From assembly GCA_951406725.2 (NCBI GenBank), contig OX597826.1, positions 1,488,001 to 1,552,000 on the forward strand: a DNA stretch of 64,000 bases, written 5' to 3'. The position numbers and the translations under genes were made by a program. This stretch comes from Octopus vulgaris (taxonomy: Eukaryota). Below, one piece after another: positions 36,841 to 50,319 of this stretch. Every line of letters begins with the position of its first letter. The stretch's first letter is position 1. Below the pieces are notes generated by a model, which ran no database searches, was not told the DNA's origin, and saw nothing but the letters and a program-made list of their open reading frames with translations.

Positions 36841-37903
36841 ATTTTAAAGAAATGTGGAATGCTTCAAGAATTTAAAATTTATTTTTGATAGCCATTTATA
36901 TTTTTATTTTTACTAATTTAAGTTTTCCCTTTCACGTTTAAATGAAGTAATTGTTTAAAATGATAAAAAAAGGATGTAAAACCAAGATGTAGGGCTGTTT
37001 AAGTTCTCACGCACAAACGTCTACCTACACACACAATAACTGCTCTAGTCTTGTGGTAAGAAGTTCACTTCCTAGCCATATGGTTCTCAGTTCAGTCCTA
37101 CAGATGGCACCCTAGGCAAATATCTTCTACCATAACCTCAGGTCAATCAAGGATTTGGTAGATGGAAACTGAGAGAAGCCTATTGTGTGTGTGTGTGTAT
37201 GTACATATATCTATATATATATCTTTTGGTATGTTTGTTTCCAAACAACACTTCTTTTAGTGCTGTTGACACCGCTGGATTGAATGGTACTGCCCAGGTG
37301 TCGAAACCATAATGATATTCATGGGGCAGCTGATGATGGGGGTATGTTGGATTGTTGGTATGGCTGTTTTTGTATATATGGAATAGTATTATAACTCATA
37401 CTTTTGATATATATTTATAAAATATGTATGTGCATACATCTATGTATGTCTTTGTGTTTGTCCCCCACCACCACATGACAACCAGCATTGGGTTGTTTAC
37501 ATCCCTGTAACTTACTGGTTCAGCAAAAAGAGATTGATAAAATAAATTCCATAGGTACTGGGATCAATATTTTCTTGACTAAACTCTTCCAGGCAAGCCC
37601 AATGACTGAGATGAAAATAGTCTAAAGAAAAACAAAATAAAATTTCAAAATTTCATAATAAAAAAAAAATCATTATCATTGTTTACATGTCTGCTTTCAG
37701 GTGAGATTTGCTGAGACAGAATTTCTATGATTAGATGCTCTTCCTGTCACCAACCTTTAATCCGTTTCCAAGTAAGGTAATATTTTCTCCCAAGTTCTCC
37801 AAACGACAAACATTTCAATGGTTAGACATGTTTATATAGAAAATTACAAATGAACGACATTGTTGCTTGTATGAAGATGTCCAGCCAAAGAGAAACAAAT
37901 ACA

Positions 37904-37960
<57 letters not shown>

Positions 37961-38619
37961 TTTCATATCACACTCCAGACACGCTCAACTACCAAAACAG
38001 AAAACACACACAAAATTAAAATGGGAGAAAGGACTACCATCCAATATGAATACCACCATTAATAAGAATGATGATAATAATATTAATCGTACGCTCAACG
38101 TAAAACATCCAAAAATTTATTCATGTATTCACCATAAAAGTGTTTTGCTGCGTGTAAAATGTCAAAACAATAAATTGGCTACAAATTTGTTTTCTGACAT
38201 TTCCAATCAAATTCTTCTGCTTTTTTTTTTTGTCTTTTATTTTACATTTTTCTCATGTTACTTTTGTCTCACTGTCCTTTTCTTTTTCTAAAATTTAAAA
38301 AAAACTTGAATACATAAATTTATCTTTTATCACGCAGACCTAATCCAGTTTGATTATTTTAATGTATTTGCCTTTTATCTTCAGAGAAGTTTCTCCTTTC
38401 TTTCGGCTTATTTTTTGGTATTTTAAAAAACAAGAAAATAAAAGAAAAACAAGAAAACAACTTATTTTGTCTTTCATTTGAATAAAATTCAACAGATGAA
38501 CCAATGATGGAATCTCTAAGAAGCTGCTCAAATTGACACATCTGACCTGCTAGAATTAGCAGCCAAAGTTTTCTCAACCCATTCTGTCCCAACTATATAT
38601 GTATATACATATATCATCA

Positions 38620-38868
38620 TGCACCCTTTTAAAGCCTAGCCAGGCTCATTGGCCCAGTTTCTTGGTTTCAATGGCATATGTGTTCCCTAGCTGAACGGGA
38701 CCCCAGTCCATTGCAGCGTTACTCATTTTTGCTAGCTGAGTGGACTGGAGCAACATGAAATGAAGTGTTTTGCTCAAGAACACAACGTGTCGCCCGGTCC
38801 AGGAATCGAAACCACAATCTTTACGATCATGGTGCTGACACCCTAACCACTAAACCACACGCCTCCAC
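38620..38868 (-). mobile_element. tRNA-derived SINE family E (head differs from D, same 3' tail)
   Basis: Tail gagcctggctaggctttaaaaggg is shared with D; the middle ttcttgagcaaaacacttcatttc..gctccagtccactcagct is shared with F and G. Related copy at 51895-52135(+). Confidence 0.8.
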
Positions 38869-38889
38869 ATATATATATATTCCATACAT

Positions 38890-39200
38890 CATCCTGTGAT
38901 GCATCTCGACACATCGTCCTCTGATATTTTCTGGTGCCATTAGGTGTTTTGTGTCTTTCAACATTAGATACCTTCACCCAGTTACTGTTAAGCCTCAGCT
39001 TGTGTCCAGTTAGCACTACCCCTTCCGGAGTTGGCACCTTCTGATCCACAGCCACCTTGGTGTAAATTCAGCTACATCCACAGCCAACCTGATGGCCTTC
39101 TGTCTACTGGACCCTGCAGTGCCAAGTATGTTGCAAGCTCTGCAGAGAGATCATCTTGGAAAACCTCTTCATCTCATCTTGATGAGATCTCACCTTGCTA
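38890..39200 (-). mobile_element. RLE-type (R2 superfamily, HERO-like) non-LTR retrotransposon 3' fragment
   Basis: Minus-strand translation LIKMR*RGFPR*SLCRACNILGTAGSSRQKAIRLAVDVAEFTPRWLWIRR. The first codons are each at most one substitution from PIEVGCRGF. A 3' UTR-like segment follows. Confidence 0.7.
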
Positions 39201-39267
39201 GAATTAGTAGTCAAAGCTTTCTCAAATTACTCTGCACAAACTATGCACTCTCTTTCTCTCTCTCTCT

Positions 39268-39313
<46 letters not shown>

Positions 39314-41541
39314 ATGTGCGAGAGTAGAAAAGAATATTATGGCAATACATGGCAAAATCAAAGCATTATAGAAAAATCTTTCTGTATTGAGTAACCCTTT
39401 AGACTCCAAGTTAAAACTGCATATAATCAATCTCTCATTCTTCCAAATTCAAAACTAGTAAGTACAAGTTAAGTTTGGACTCGACTTATTTTCTAATTAA
39501 AAATTTATTACTTCATGCTTGTGTCAAATATCCTTATTTTATTATCAGTGGCAGAACTATGAGTGCCAGAAAAAATGCTTTGCATTATATTTCTTAGCAT
39601 TTTACATTGTAGCGGACGTTTAAGGGAAATTTCTCTCTCTGTTATATATACATAAGTACGGATGTAGTAGATAACAGCTAACCTTCGGCCACCCTTTTGC
39701 ACCCGGTGGTGTCTTTCTTTTCCTTCTGGCACTTATACACATTTATCCTTTTTATCATTTATTGTATTGACAGTGCGATGTACTAAAGGAGCCATTCTCA
39801 TCACCTCTCCTTTGCACGGTTGTTCTACAACATTTTGAGTTCAAATCTGGAAAAAGTCAAATTTGCCTTTTATCCTTCAGGGCTGATAAAACAAAGTACC
39901 CATCAAATATTGAGTCTGATTTCATCAACTGTTTCCCCTATCCAACATTTCTGGCCTTGTACCTATGACAAATTATTTTTATCAAGATGGTGTTGGATTG
40001 GTGGAATCATAAGAGTACTGGACAAAATGCCTTGCAGTATTTCTTTCAGTAATTTACATTCTGAATTCAAATCCTACCAGGGGTAGTTTGTCTATCATCC
40101 TTCTGGGGTCAATAAAGTCATAAGATAGACTTCAACCAACATGAATTGTGACCTGAATATGACACATTTGTTACATGAACCCCTGGAAAAGTGGTTCATA
40201 CATATCTGGTTGAATTGAATAACAAACTTCATATATCACACCAGAAAAACTATCTCAACCTTGCTTTTCTCTCTACCCATAACCTGTCCTTCTTTATCAT
40301 TTCCTTCCCACACAACCATTTCTCCTCTTTGCCTACACTGCATCTAATTTTCCTTTACATTACTCCATCTACCAAAGTAACACCCTACCAAAAACTAAAT
40401 GTCAAACCAGAAAGAGCAAAGAGAACCAAAGCCTGATAACAACTAGGAAGTCAAACACCAAAATCATAGTCAACCTTTTTTTCAAAAAACTAATAAATAT
40501 CTGTCTCTATCTAGCTATACACCCATACACCTACAGGTGTGTGTGTATCGTGTCTGTGTGAATGTTTGCGGTTTGCATTGAGCAACAACTACAAGTGGTG
40601 ACATCCCCTTTGTAGCTGGGTTGCAATTGGTGACACTTATTGACATTTCCTCTCAAAAGATCATTTGGTAGCTCTGTGCTTTCAAATTCCTTTAGAATAA
40701 AAAAAAAATCATTCCTAGCTTGAAAAACAAGTGTTGATGACAGGGAACGCATCCAAATGTAAAAATCCTTCCTTAAATGACTCCCCCCCAAAAGAAGCAG
40801 ATGTTAAACACAGAAATTAATGAATAAACAATCAATATAAGTGTGTGTGGGTGTGTGCGTGAAAAGACTATGTGCACTCTTACAAAAGTGACAAATAAGG
40901 ATTTATATTACTAATCCAAAGAGTTCAATTAGTGGGGTGGGTGGGTATTTTGGTTTGAGGGTACATGGAGACAGCATGGGTTGTGAATCAAATTGTTCTG
41001 TTGATATTTCAAGTTCACATCACAGACAAACAATGGTTTAATGAGTCTTGTGTGAAATCTTTGCTGCAGGAATGTAAGAGAATCTCTTCTCTCCTTGTTC
41101 TATATCCAATTCCTTTAAAGGCTAAACTGTGGTTGTGACATTCCAGGAGTGTTGTCATCATTTTACACTGTTTAAACATAAATAATTTGATTTCTCCTCA
41201 GGATTTCTAATTGCCAATACATACGTATTTACTCTTTATTTCCGTCTTTTTTTTTATGGAAGACCTTTTATTTTATTTATTTGTTGGTCCTTTTTTTTTA
41301 TAGAGGGGGTGTTTAATATGCTTATATATGTGAGCCTCTTCTTTTGTGTGTAAATGTTTGAGTTGAAAAAACCGTAGCAGCAAGTCATGGGAAGAGAAAA
41401 ATAGATGGATAGAGAATGAGAGAGAGGGGGGGGGGGGGAGAATGTGAGAGATGAAACATGAGAGAGGAGGAGGAAAGAAGGAAGAAGTAGAGAAAATAAG
41501 AGAAGGATAGTTGGATGTATATGTGTGTGTATGAGTGTATA

Positions 41542-41758
41542 TGAGGAAATGCTGAAAAGTTCCTGGCTTTAAGGATATCGTGAAAGGCTTGGTTGGAGAC
41601 CCCAATCTTTCGAGTTCTTTTATAGGGGTTAGAAATACTTAAGGACCCCTGCAATAAGTGTGTGGATCTGAGAGGGGAATATGTGGAATAAGAACATAAT
41701 TAACTGACCTTCCAGCATATTCTTGAATCCAAAACCAGGAACTTTATAGAACCATCGT
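41542..41758. mobile_element. Mariner-type MITE, same family
   Basis: tgctgaaaagttcctggcttt / aaaaccaggaacttt; the internal sequence matches the other copies. Confidence 0.75.
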
Positions 41759-42234
41759 GTATACACACAAAGACAAAAAAACACATACACATACACAAAC
41801 ATATATACATTCATAGAGATAGAGACATGTACACACACATATATATGTTCTTTGCATTGGACATCACAGCCAAAGCTATATACTGGGGTATCACGTTCAG
41901 CACCACCTTCACCACATTGTATCTATGCACTTGTGAGTGTGCATACATGTAAGAATGTACGTGTGTGTGTGTGCAGAATATTTCCATCCAATGAGCTTTG
42001 GTCATGTTGGGCCATACATCCATGCACCCACACACATGCATATATATATATATACATACCAATACACATATGTATACACATATGCACATCATGTTGGTGG
42101 CATGATGAAAGATGCTTAGTCTGTATTTTGCAATGAAGTGGGAGACACGTCCAACCTAAGCCAGTGTAACAAAACATATCTAATGCGTATTTGTGTGTAT
42201 TTGTATTGACTCTCAATGTGTATTTGAGCAAGTA

Positions 42235-42627
42235 CATATGTGTGTGTGTGTATATGTATATATATGTATATATATATATATGTGTATATATATATATATA
42301 TGAATATATATATATGAATATATATATATGCATATATACATACATGTATATATATACATACATACATGTATATATATACATACATACATATATATACATA
42401 CATACATACATATACATACATACATGTATATATATACATACATACATGTATATATATACATACATACATACATACATGTATATATATACATACATACATG
42501 TATATATATACATACATACATGTATATATATACATACATACATACATATACATACATACATGTATATATATACATACATACATACATATACATACATACA
42601 TGTATATATATACATACATACATATAT

Positions 42628-42658
<31 letters not shown>

Positions 42659-42689
42659 CATACATATATATACATACATACATACATAT

Positions 42690-42732
<43 letters not shown>

Positions 42733-42975
42733 CATATGTGTGTATATACATACATATATACATATAGATATACATATATATATGTATATCTATATATATA
42801 TATATATATATGTATATCTATCTATATGTATATATATATATATGTATATCTATCTATATATGTATATATATATATGTATATGTATATCTATATATATATA
42901 TATGTATATCTATCTATATGTATATCTATCTATATGTATATCTATCTATATGTATATATACACACATATATACAT
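42235..42975. repeat. Large compound (TA)n/(TACA)n/(TATC)n satellite with ~22-26-bp higher-order periodicity
   Basis: Repeating catacatgtatatatata(cata)n units; this is the source of many spurious ORFs. Confidence 0.97.
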
Positions 42976-43125
42976 TTGACACAGCATTTGACATTATACG
43001 TATGTATGTGATTTTATGATGTGAATAACTACAACAAACCCTGTTGAATCCTAACCACACCTAAAATTCTACTCATGTGTGGGAGGCATTGTGGAAGATT
43101 ATTATTATTATTACCATCATCATCA

Positions 43126-43570
43126 AGGCAGGGAGTTGGCAGAATCCTCAGCATTCCAGGCAAAATGCTTAGCAGCATTTCGTCCAATTTCATGTTCTGA
43201 GTTCAAATTCCACCAAGGTCGACTTTGTCTTTCTTCCTATGTGTCAATCAAATGAGTACCAGTTAAGTACTGGTGTTGATGTAATCGACCTGTCGCATTC
43301 TCTGAAATTACTGGGCTTGTGTCAAAATGTGAAATCATTGTCATTATTATTATGGCGGTGAGCTGGTGGAATCATTACTACATTGGGCAAAATGCTTAGT
43401 GGCATTTCGTTTGTCTTTATATTCTGAGTTCAAATTCTGCTGTGGTCAACTTTGCCATTCATGCTTTCAGGGTCGATAAAATAAATACCAGTTAAGCACT
43501 GGGGTCAATGTAATTGACTTATCCTGCTCTTGAATTTGCTGGCCTTGTGTCAAAATTTGAAACCATTATT
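43126..43570 (+). mobile_element. Two tandem family C SINEs separated by (ATT)n
   Basis: Units 43126-43345 and 43353-43570. Confidence 0.85.
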
Positions 43571-43909
43571 ACCTCCGCCTTAGCGAAGGTGGAGGTATTG
43601 TTTTTAGTTGTGATTGTTTGTTTGTCCATATTCAGTAACAATAATAAATTTAATTTATCCTTGAGAATTTTTAGTTTTTACCAATTTCGAATATATTGCT
43701 CCTGTTTAAAACCTCTTACTTATGTGACAATTGCATTTCTAGCTCTACCTTTATCATGAAGTTCAACATCATAAAATCAACCTTAACCAATTGTAAACTT
43801 GAACTTTGAAGACTGATGATGTCATTCCATCAACGTGTGGACACTGGTTGCTCTCGTTCATATTTTGGATTTGACTTTCTATAATTTTGAATTTTTATCA
43901 CTTTTCATT

Positions 43910-43952
43910 TTGAACTTGATAAAGACAGGTTTGCTGTCGAAATATCGTTCAA
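43910..43952 (+). ncRNA. Minimal type I hammerhead ribozyme (U3-A8 variant), probably in a solo PLE pLTR
   Basis: TTGAAC-TTGATAA-A-GACAG-gtttg-CTGTC-GAAA-TA-TC-GTTCAA: perfect 6-bp stem I, 5-bp stem II, ATAT minimal helix III, AUC site. Confidence 0.75.
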
Positions 43953-44414
43953 CCAATGAAATATCTACAGCAATCACATTGTGCTCTTCATATTGTTAGT
44001 TTACCTTTGTGAAGAGTTACGTCAATCCTTTTAAATTATTATTATTATTATTCAGCAGTGTTATTGCATTTCTTTGCATGCTTTCACTGCACAACCCAGC
44101 AACAGCCCAGTCGGCTTTTAGTGTGGGTAGTGTTTTGTGGTTTCAAATTTTTTATTCTATAGGTATTGTGTCCCATATGCACTATTTCTCTGTATATTGT
44201 GCATATTTATGTGTCATTGGGTTTGGGTTCTGTATTAGCTTGCATGTTTTATATTTTATTATATTATACATTTCACCACCCACCATCAATAAGAACATTG
44301 ATATGCATAAATGCACATGTAGGACATGCACAGACAGACATACTTAGTGTTAAAGTATGTACATATGTATGTGTTATGTGCATATATATCGGTGCAAGTA
44401 TGGCTGTATGGGCT

Positions 44415-44795
44415 GAGGCATGGCTGTGTGGAAAGAAGCTTGCTTCCAAACCACTTGATTCAGAGTTCACTCCCACTGCATAGCACCTTGGGAAGATGTC
44501 TTCTTTTATGGCCTTGGGATGACCAAAGCCTTGTGAGAAGATTTGGTAGACAGAAACTGAAAGAAGTCTACCATGTGTGTGTGTGTTTGTTCTTCACCAC
44601 TGCTTAAAATCTGGTGTTGGTGTACTTACATCCCCATAACTTAGTGGTTTGGCAAAAGAGACTAATAAAATAAGTACCAGACTTAAAAAAAAAAGAAGAA
44701 ATACACGGGTTGATTCATTTGACTAAAAATTCTTCAAGGTGGTGCCCCAGCATGGCCGCAGCCTTATAATGCCTGAAACAAGTAAAAAATAAAGG
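44415..44795 (+). mobile_element. SINE family A
   Basis: Forward copy, near full length. Confidence 0.85.
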
Positions 44796-45158
44796 ATATA
44801 TATGTAAGTGTAAGAGTCTACATGTTTTTATTATTTGGCTCTAGGTCAGGCCTGATAGAATATACCTATTATTAAAGTGAATATGGAATGTGGGGTAACA
44901 CATCCCACCGAGCTGCAGCAATTTTTTTCTGGTTCCCAAAGCATCAAATGCCAAAAATGAACTTTCTTATCTTCCATTTTAAAGGGTTACAAAATTAACA
45001 CAGGTTATAGGAACATAAACCTTCTTCCACGAAAAGATAGCTTAAACTGTGCTCTAAATGGAAGTGTCGTCAAATCCTATTTTATGGACTCAACCATGTT
45101 CTAAAATAAGTCGAAAGGTAAGCTACTATAAATCGGCACGAACTTTCCAGACAACCCA

Positions 45159-45206
<48 letters not shown>

Positions 45207-46564
45207 GCTTGGTGACAGGAAAATAGAACTCACAACATGAGTATATATTTACAGAGCAACTCTCAGGCCTTGAGTCAATCAATAACTTCTGCTGCTTAAA
45301 AAGAACAATAATAATAATAATAATAATAATGATATATATATAAAACATTACATATAACTGTTTCCTCTGCAATGTGTGCATGTGTACACAAAAGATTTGT
45401 CTCCTTATGTAACGCAATAATTAACAATGAGATTCATTACATATTCATTGCACATCTAGCTTTGTCATAGGAAATAAAATTTGCACAACATGAGATTTTT
45501 GATGCACTGACTGCTAAAAATCAGAGAAAATGTATTCTGTGGGTGTATACATATGCATGTGTGTGTGTGTGTGTGTATGCCAAAGTGGTTATGAAATTCA
45601 CTTCCATTCCATGTAGTGCTGTGTTCATTCTCCTTTGTCCAGTGTGGATTGACCAAAATCTTTTAAGTGGGTTTGGTAAATGGAAGCTGAAAGCAGTTCA
45701 GTGTGTGTGTGTGTTTATACTTGTGCTTCCCTGAAAATCACTGATCTACAAGCAGTGACATTGTTGCCATTTCCCCACTGTCAACAAATTTATCTACTGG
45801 CTGTGGGCCTTTTGAAGACGTATGTAATAACATATCCATTAGTCGAAGAAAAAGAAAAAAGAAGAAACTAAGAAACAGTTGTGGGTCAGTAGAAAGCAAA
45901 TCATCCAGCTAGAAAACAAAGCTGCAATAATAAATTTGCCTAACCTATGCCAGCATGTCTAGGACAGATCTAGAAAAATAACCATAGAAACAAAAATATA
46001 CAGCTGGCTGGACATGTTTGTCTGCCTGATGGACTATAGTCTAATTAAGTGGTTAGTTTTCTAATGGAATATTGTTAAATACGATATGATATTGTGGTTG
46101 CTTTCTAATGGAACATTGTTAACCCTTTGCTTGTCCTAGGCAGTAGTAAAAAATGCATAAGAGAGCTGAACAGAAGGCAGTCTTCAGAGAAGAGTGGTTG
46201 GCATTAGGAAGGGCATCCAGCTGTAGAAACTCTGCCAGATCAGATTAGAGCCTGGTGCAGCCATCTGGTTCGCCAGTCCTCAGTCAAATCGTCCAACCCA
46301 TGCCAGCATGGAAAGCGGACATTAAATGATGATGATATATACACATACATATATACATACACACACACATATATATATTTGTGTGTGCGTGTGTATATAT
46401 ATATATATATATATTGACAAGGGTTGGATGGTCTGACAAGGGAACCAATGAGCTGCAGGGCTGTGTTGGGCTCCATTGTCATTCTTGGCATGGTTTCTGT
46501 AGCTGAATACCCTTTCTTATGTCAACCACTTTACAGAATGTATTGGGTACTACACAACACAGAC

Positions 46565-46860
46565 ATAGGGGTCCAAATTGGATCTATGTATGTTGTGGCT
46601 TGACATCAATGAATAAATACTACAGGATCCAGTGCATTGATTTACCCAGGAGCCTTTTGGGTTTAGGGGCCAAATCTTATCTATGTATGTTGTGCTTGCT
46701 GTCAAATATTGTAGGGCCTAGTGCATTGATTTTCCCAAAGTTTCATGGGGCTAGGGTCCTAAATCTAATCTATGTATACTGCGGCTTTCTCTCAATAAAT
46801 ACTATGAGGCCCAGTGTATCGATTTGCCTGGGGGTCTATGATGCTGCTAAGACAGCCTAG
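46565..46860 (+). mobile_element. hAT-like element end with three ~90-bp subterminal tandem repeats
   Basis: Three units of gggNccaaat..tctatgtatgttgtggctt..aaatact..ggcccagtgcattgattt. They end in gggggtctatgatgctgctaagacagcc, a TIR-like terminus similar to 34646. Confidence 0.5.
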
Positions 46861-47509
46861 CCAGGTCTATAAAAGAAGACATTTGCTCAAAGTGACGCAG
46901 AGTGGGACTGAACCCAAAATCATATGGTTGTGAAGCAAACTCCTTAATCACATAGCCATGAATAATTATGTATTTATTTATCTCTGTGTTTACATTTGTA
47001 AACGAAAGTACTTTACACATTCTCTTTGATACATTTAACATATTTAATGCATTTTTAACATACATGGATAATCACAGACTCTCACAAGTTCTGTAATTAT
47101 TACCAAGCAAAGCATAATTATTTTGTTATTCTTTTGCTTATTAGGTACAACAGCAACAATAACATCGACAACAAAGTTTGTTGATTTCTTTTGAATAGGC
47201 ACAAATCCAAAATTTTTCTAGGTTAAATTGTTCACGGAATTACGCCCCACAACTTATTTATTTTGATCAAGAATGAGCCAATAAAGGAACCACTACATGG
47301 TCACTCCTTTTGCTAGAAATAGCAGCCAAATTCTTCCCACTACTATTGCCACCAATTACATTTTACCATCATTGAAAAGGAGGAAACATTGGCTTAGGTA
47401 TTTCTAGTTACCATAAAAACACTTTTGGAATGGCTATGGATTGAGTATCATTGATTATAGATCTGTTTGATCAGAGCTGACCTGGGTCTTAAAATAATAG
47501 TTTCTATTT

Positions 47510-48992
47510 AAAGCACAACATGAGCAATTTTAGAGGAATGGGGTTAGATGATAGCATCGACCCCAGTACTTTACTAGTACTTTATTTTAATGACCCTGGA
47601 TTGATGAAAGGAAAATTCACTCTTAGCAAGATTTGAACTCAGAACATAAGGAACAAGAAATATTGTTTTTAATTTAGGCAAAAACCCCCAGCAATTTTAG
47701 GGTTTAGGGGTTTAACCAATGCCATTAGCCCCAGTCCTTGTTTGAACTTTATTTTATGAACTCTAAAAGAATGGACAGCAAAGTTACCTTAGGCGAGATT
47801 TGGACTCAGAAAGTAAAGAACCAGAACAAATGTTTCTAATTTATGTATAAAGATCCTTCCCAAGTCATACAAACTCAAGGGCCCGTTTCCTGGTTTTCAG
47901 AGAGCAAATATTTACCCCTCGACAGGACACCAGTCCATCACAGGCTTCCTAATTTTCGATGGTCTTGTGTTAAAAGTAGAAATCATTATGACATTATTCT
48001 GTTGTATCTTGGGAGATTCATTATGCCAATAATAAACACACACACTGGTTGTATTTCACTTTTTTTATTATCATTAGTCAAGTGGTTAAACATTTAGACA
48101 ACTAATTAATCAATTGTTTGATTAATCTTTCAGACAGTTAATCAGTTAGGTCTGCTGAAGCCCTTTCATCAGTATTTGAAAGCTCATCAATGACATGCCC
48201 TCAAAGCAGGCCTGGAGAGAGAGAGCACATCATTGTTGAGGTTGCGAATGGTGAAGAAAACGACTTTGATTAATCATCCAGTCAATCAGTCAGCTCGGTT
48301 CATCAAGCAATCAATTAGTTAACTGGCGAAATTTGGGGTGGGGTGGGGTCTAGTTGATTACATGAACCCCACTATGCAACTGGTACTTAATTTATCGACC
48401 TTGAAAGAATGAAAAGCAAAGTTGACTTTGGCAGAATTTGAACCCAGGACGTGGTGACGGGCGAAATACCGTTAAGCATTTGGTCCAGAATGCTAATGAT
48501 TCTGTAAGTTCACCATCTTAATAACAACAACAATACTAACAATAATAATAGTTTCAAATTTTGCCACAAGAGCAACAATTTAGGGGAGAGGATGAGTCGA
48601 ATACATCAACCCCAGTGTTCAACTTGTTCTTATTTTATCAACCCCAAAAGGGTGAAAAGTAAAGTTGACCTCGGCAGAATTTGAACACAGAGTGAAGCAA
48701 TCAGCAAAATACCACTAAGCATTTTTTTGTCCAGTGCACTAATGATTCTACCAGCTCGCCACCCTAATAATAAAAATTATTTCAAATTCTTCCCACAAGG
48801 GCAGCTTGGAAGAGATAGAGATGAGTCGATTGCATCAACCCCAGTATTCAACTGGTACTTATTTTATTGACCCAGAAAGGATGAAAGGCAAAGTTGACCT
48901 CAGCAGAATTTGAACTCGGAATGTAGTGATGGGAAAAATACCACTAAGCATTTTGTCCAGTATGCTAACAGTTCTGCCAGCTTACCACCTTA
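47510..48992 (-). mobile_element. Cluster of family C SINEs, partly head-to-tail with (AAT)n spacers
   Basis: Units at about 47510-47655, 47680-47830, 48320-48520, 48550-48765 and 48775-48992. Confidence 0.8.
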
Positions 48993-50319
48993 ATAATAAT
49001 AATAATAATAATGATAATAATAATAATAATAATAATAATTCCACAGATTTGTTTGTCAGTTGATTGACCGTAGCCAGTTGAACATGTCCCTTAGTGGCTG
49101 ACAATTTGTGCAGTTCTGATCAAGAGCAGAAAGAGTTGTGGAACATCATGGCCATGTATTGAGAGGAATTCTTTGGGATTTGAATGATTCACCTCTGGAA
49201 ACATGGGTGTTTCATTCATCGTCTTTAAACAAACCTTATTCAGGAACCTTTTGAGTGGGATGGGCTACTCCCACTGAAGAAAATTCTAACTGGGTCCCAC
49301 AAGCTGTTTATCTTGATATGAAATCACCATGCCATGCACATATGGTTGTGAGGTATGTGCCTGGTGTACCCTTAACAAATGGGAAGTCATGATGGATATA
49401 TTGGGCTTTGTATATTTGTACCCGAGTGCCACTTTGATGGCATGCACTGTTCTCTCACTCAATAATAAAAGAAGTGAAATAGAATCAGTGTTTGTGTTTA
49501 TTGTTGGCATAATGACCCTCCTGAAACACACCACAGGATTCAACATAAGCAAAACATAGACCCTTATGTATTTGTGTTGTAGTGATAGGGGAAAATTGCT
49601 AAATGCGCAAGGAATCTACAAGTTTTTAGTGACTAAAATAAGGATTTTTCTAAGGCATGGCTATGTGGTAAGAAGCTTGCATCCTAATCACATGGTTCTG
49701 GGTTCAGTTTCACTGTCACACCTTGGGCAAGTGTTTTCTACTGTAGCTTTGGGCTGACCAAAGCCTTGTGAGTGGATTTGGTGGTTGGAAACTGAAAAAC
49801 AGTCATATATATATATATATATATATGCATATATATATGTGTGTGTGTGTGTTTTTGTATCTGTGTTTTTCCCACTCTACATCAATGGGACGATGTGTTG
49901 CAAGTTATGCATAGCTGAACGCACGAGAATCCTTGCATGAACCAAGGAACATCCTTAACTCTGGATGGAGATGTTCAGGCCATGTTTACATTTTAGGAGG
50001 TTCCTGCTAACCTTCTGGAACCCACAAGATGCTGGTACAGCCGGAAGTCAAGAGCCATTAGCAAAGGGAGATAATCCCCAATTGATATCTTTGAGTGAGG
50101 CATTTACCTCTTTGTATTTTCAAGAGGTCATGGGCCAACAAGTTTTTGGGATCTGATGATATGCCATAAAGCCAAACCTGTTATGAATAGAAAACCTAAG
50201 GTGATCCCGAAAACCAGCCTCCCCCATTTTTAATATATGCTGCTCTACATCTTAGAGTGTTCTGCTTCTTTCAGATTCATGTTTCTTACAATATATATAT
50301 TAATATATAAGAAACCGGC

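Noticed and set aside
41923-43019. Long Y/I/H/T/M/V/C-rich ORFs (also 13835-14179, 20777-21517, 35701-36269, 54626-55076, 57926-58339)
   Set aside because: Stop-free frames produced by simple repeats.
48145-48195. CTGATGA/TTGATGA on the minus strand with a TTTCA/TGAAA hairpin
   Set aside because: The elements are not in hammerhead order with pairing stems.
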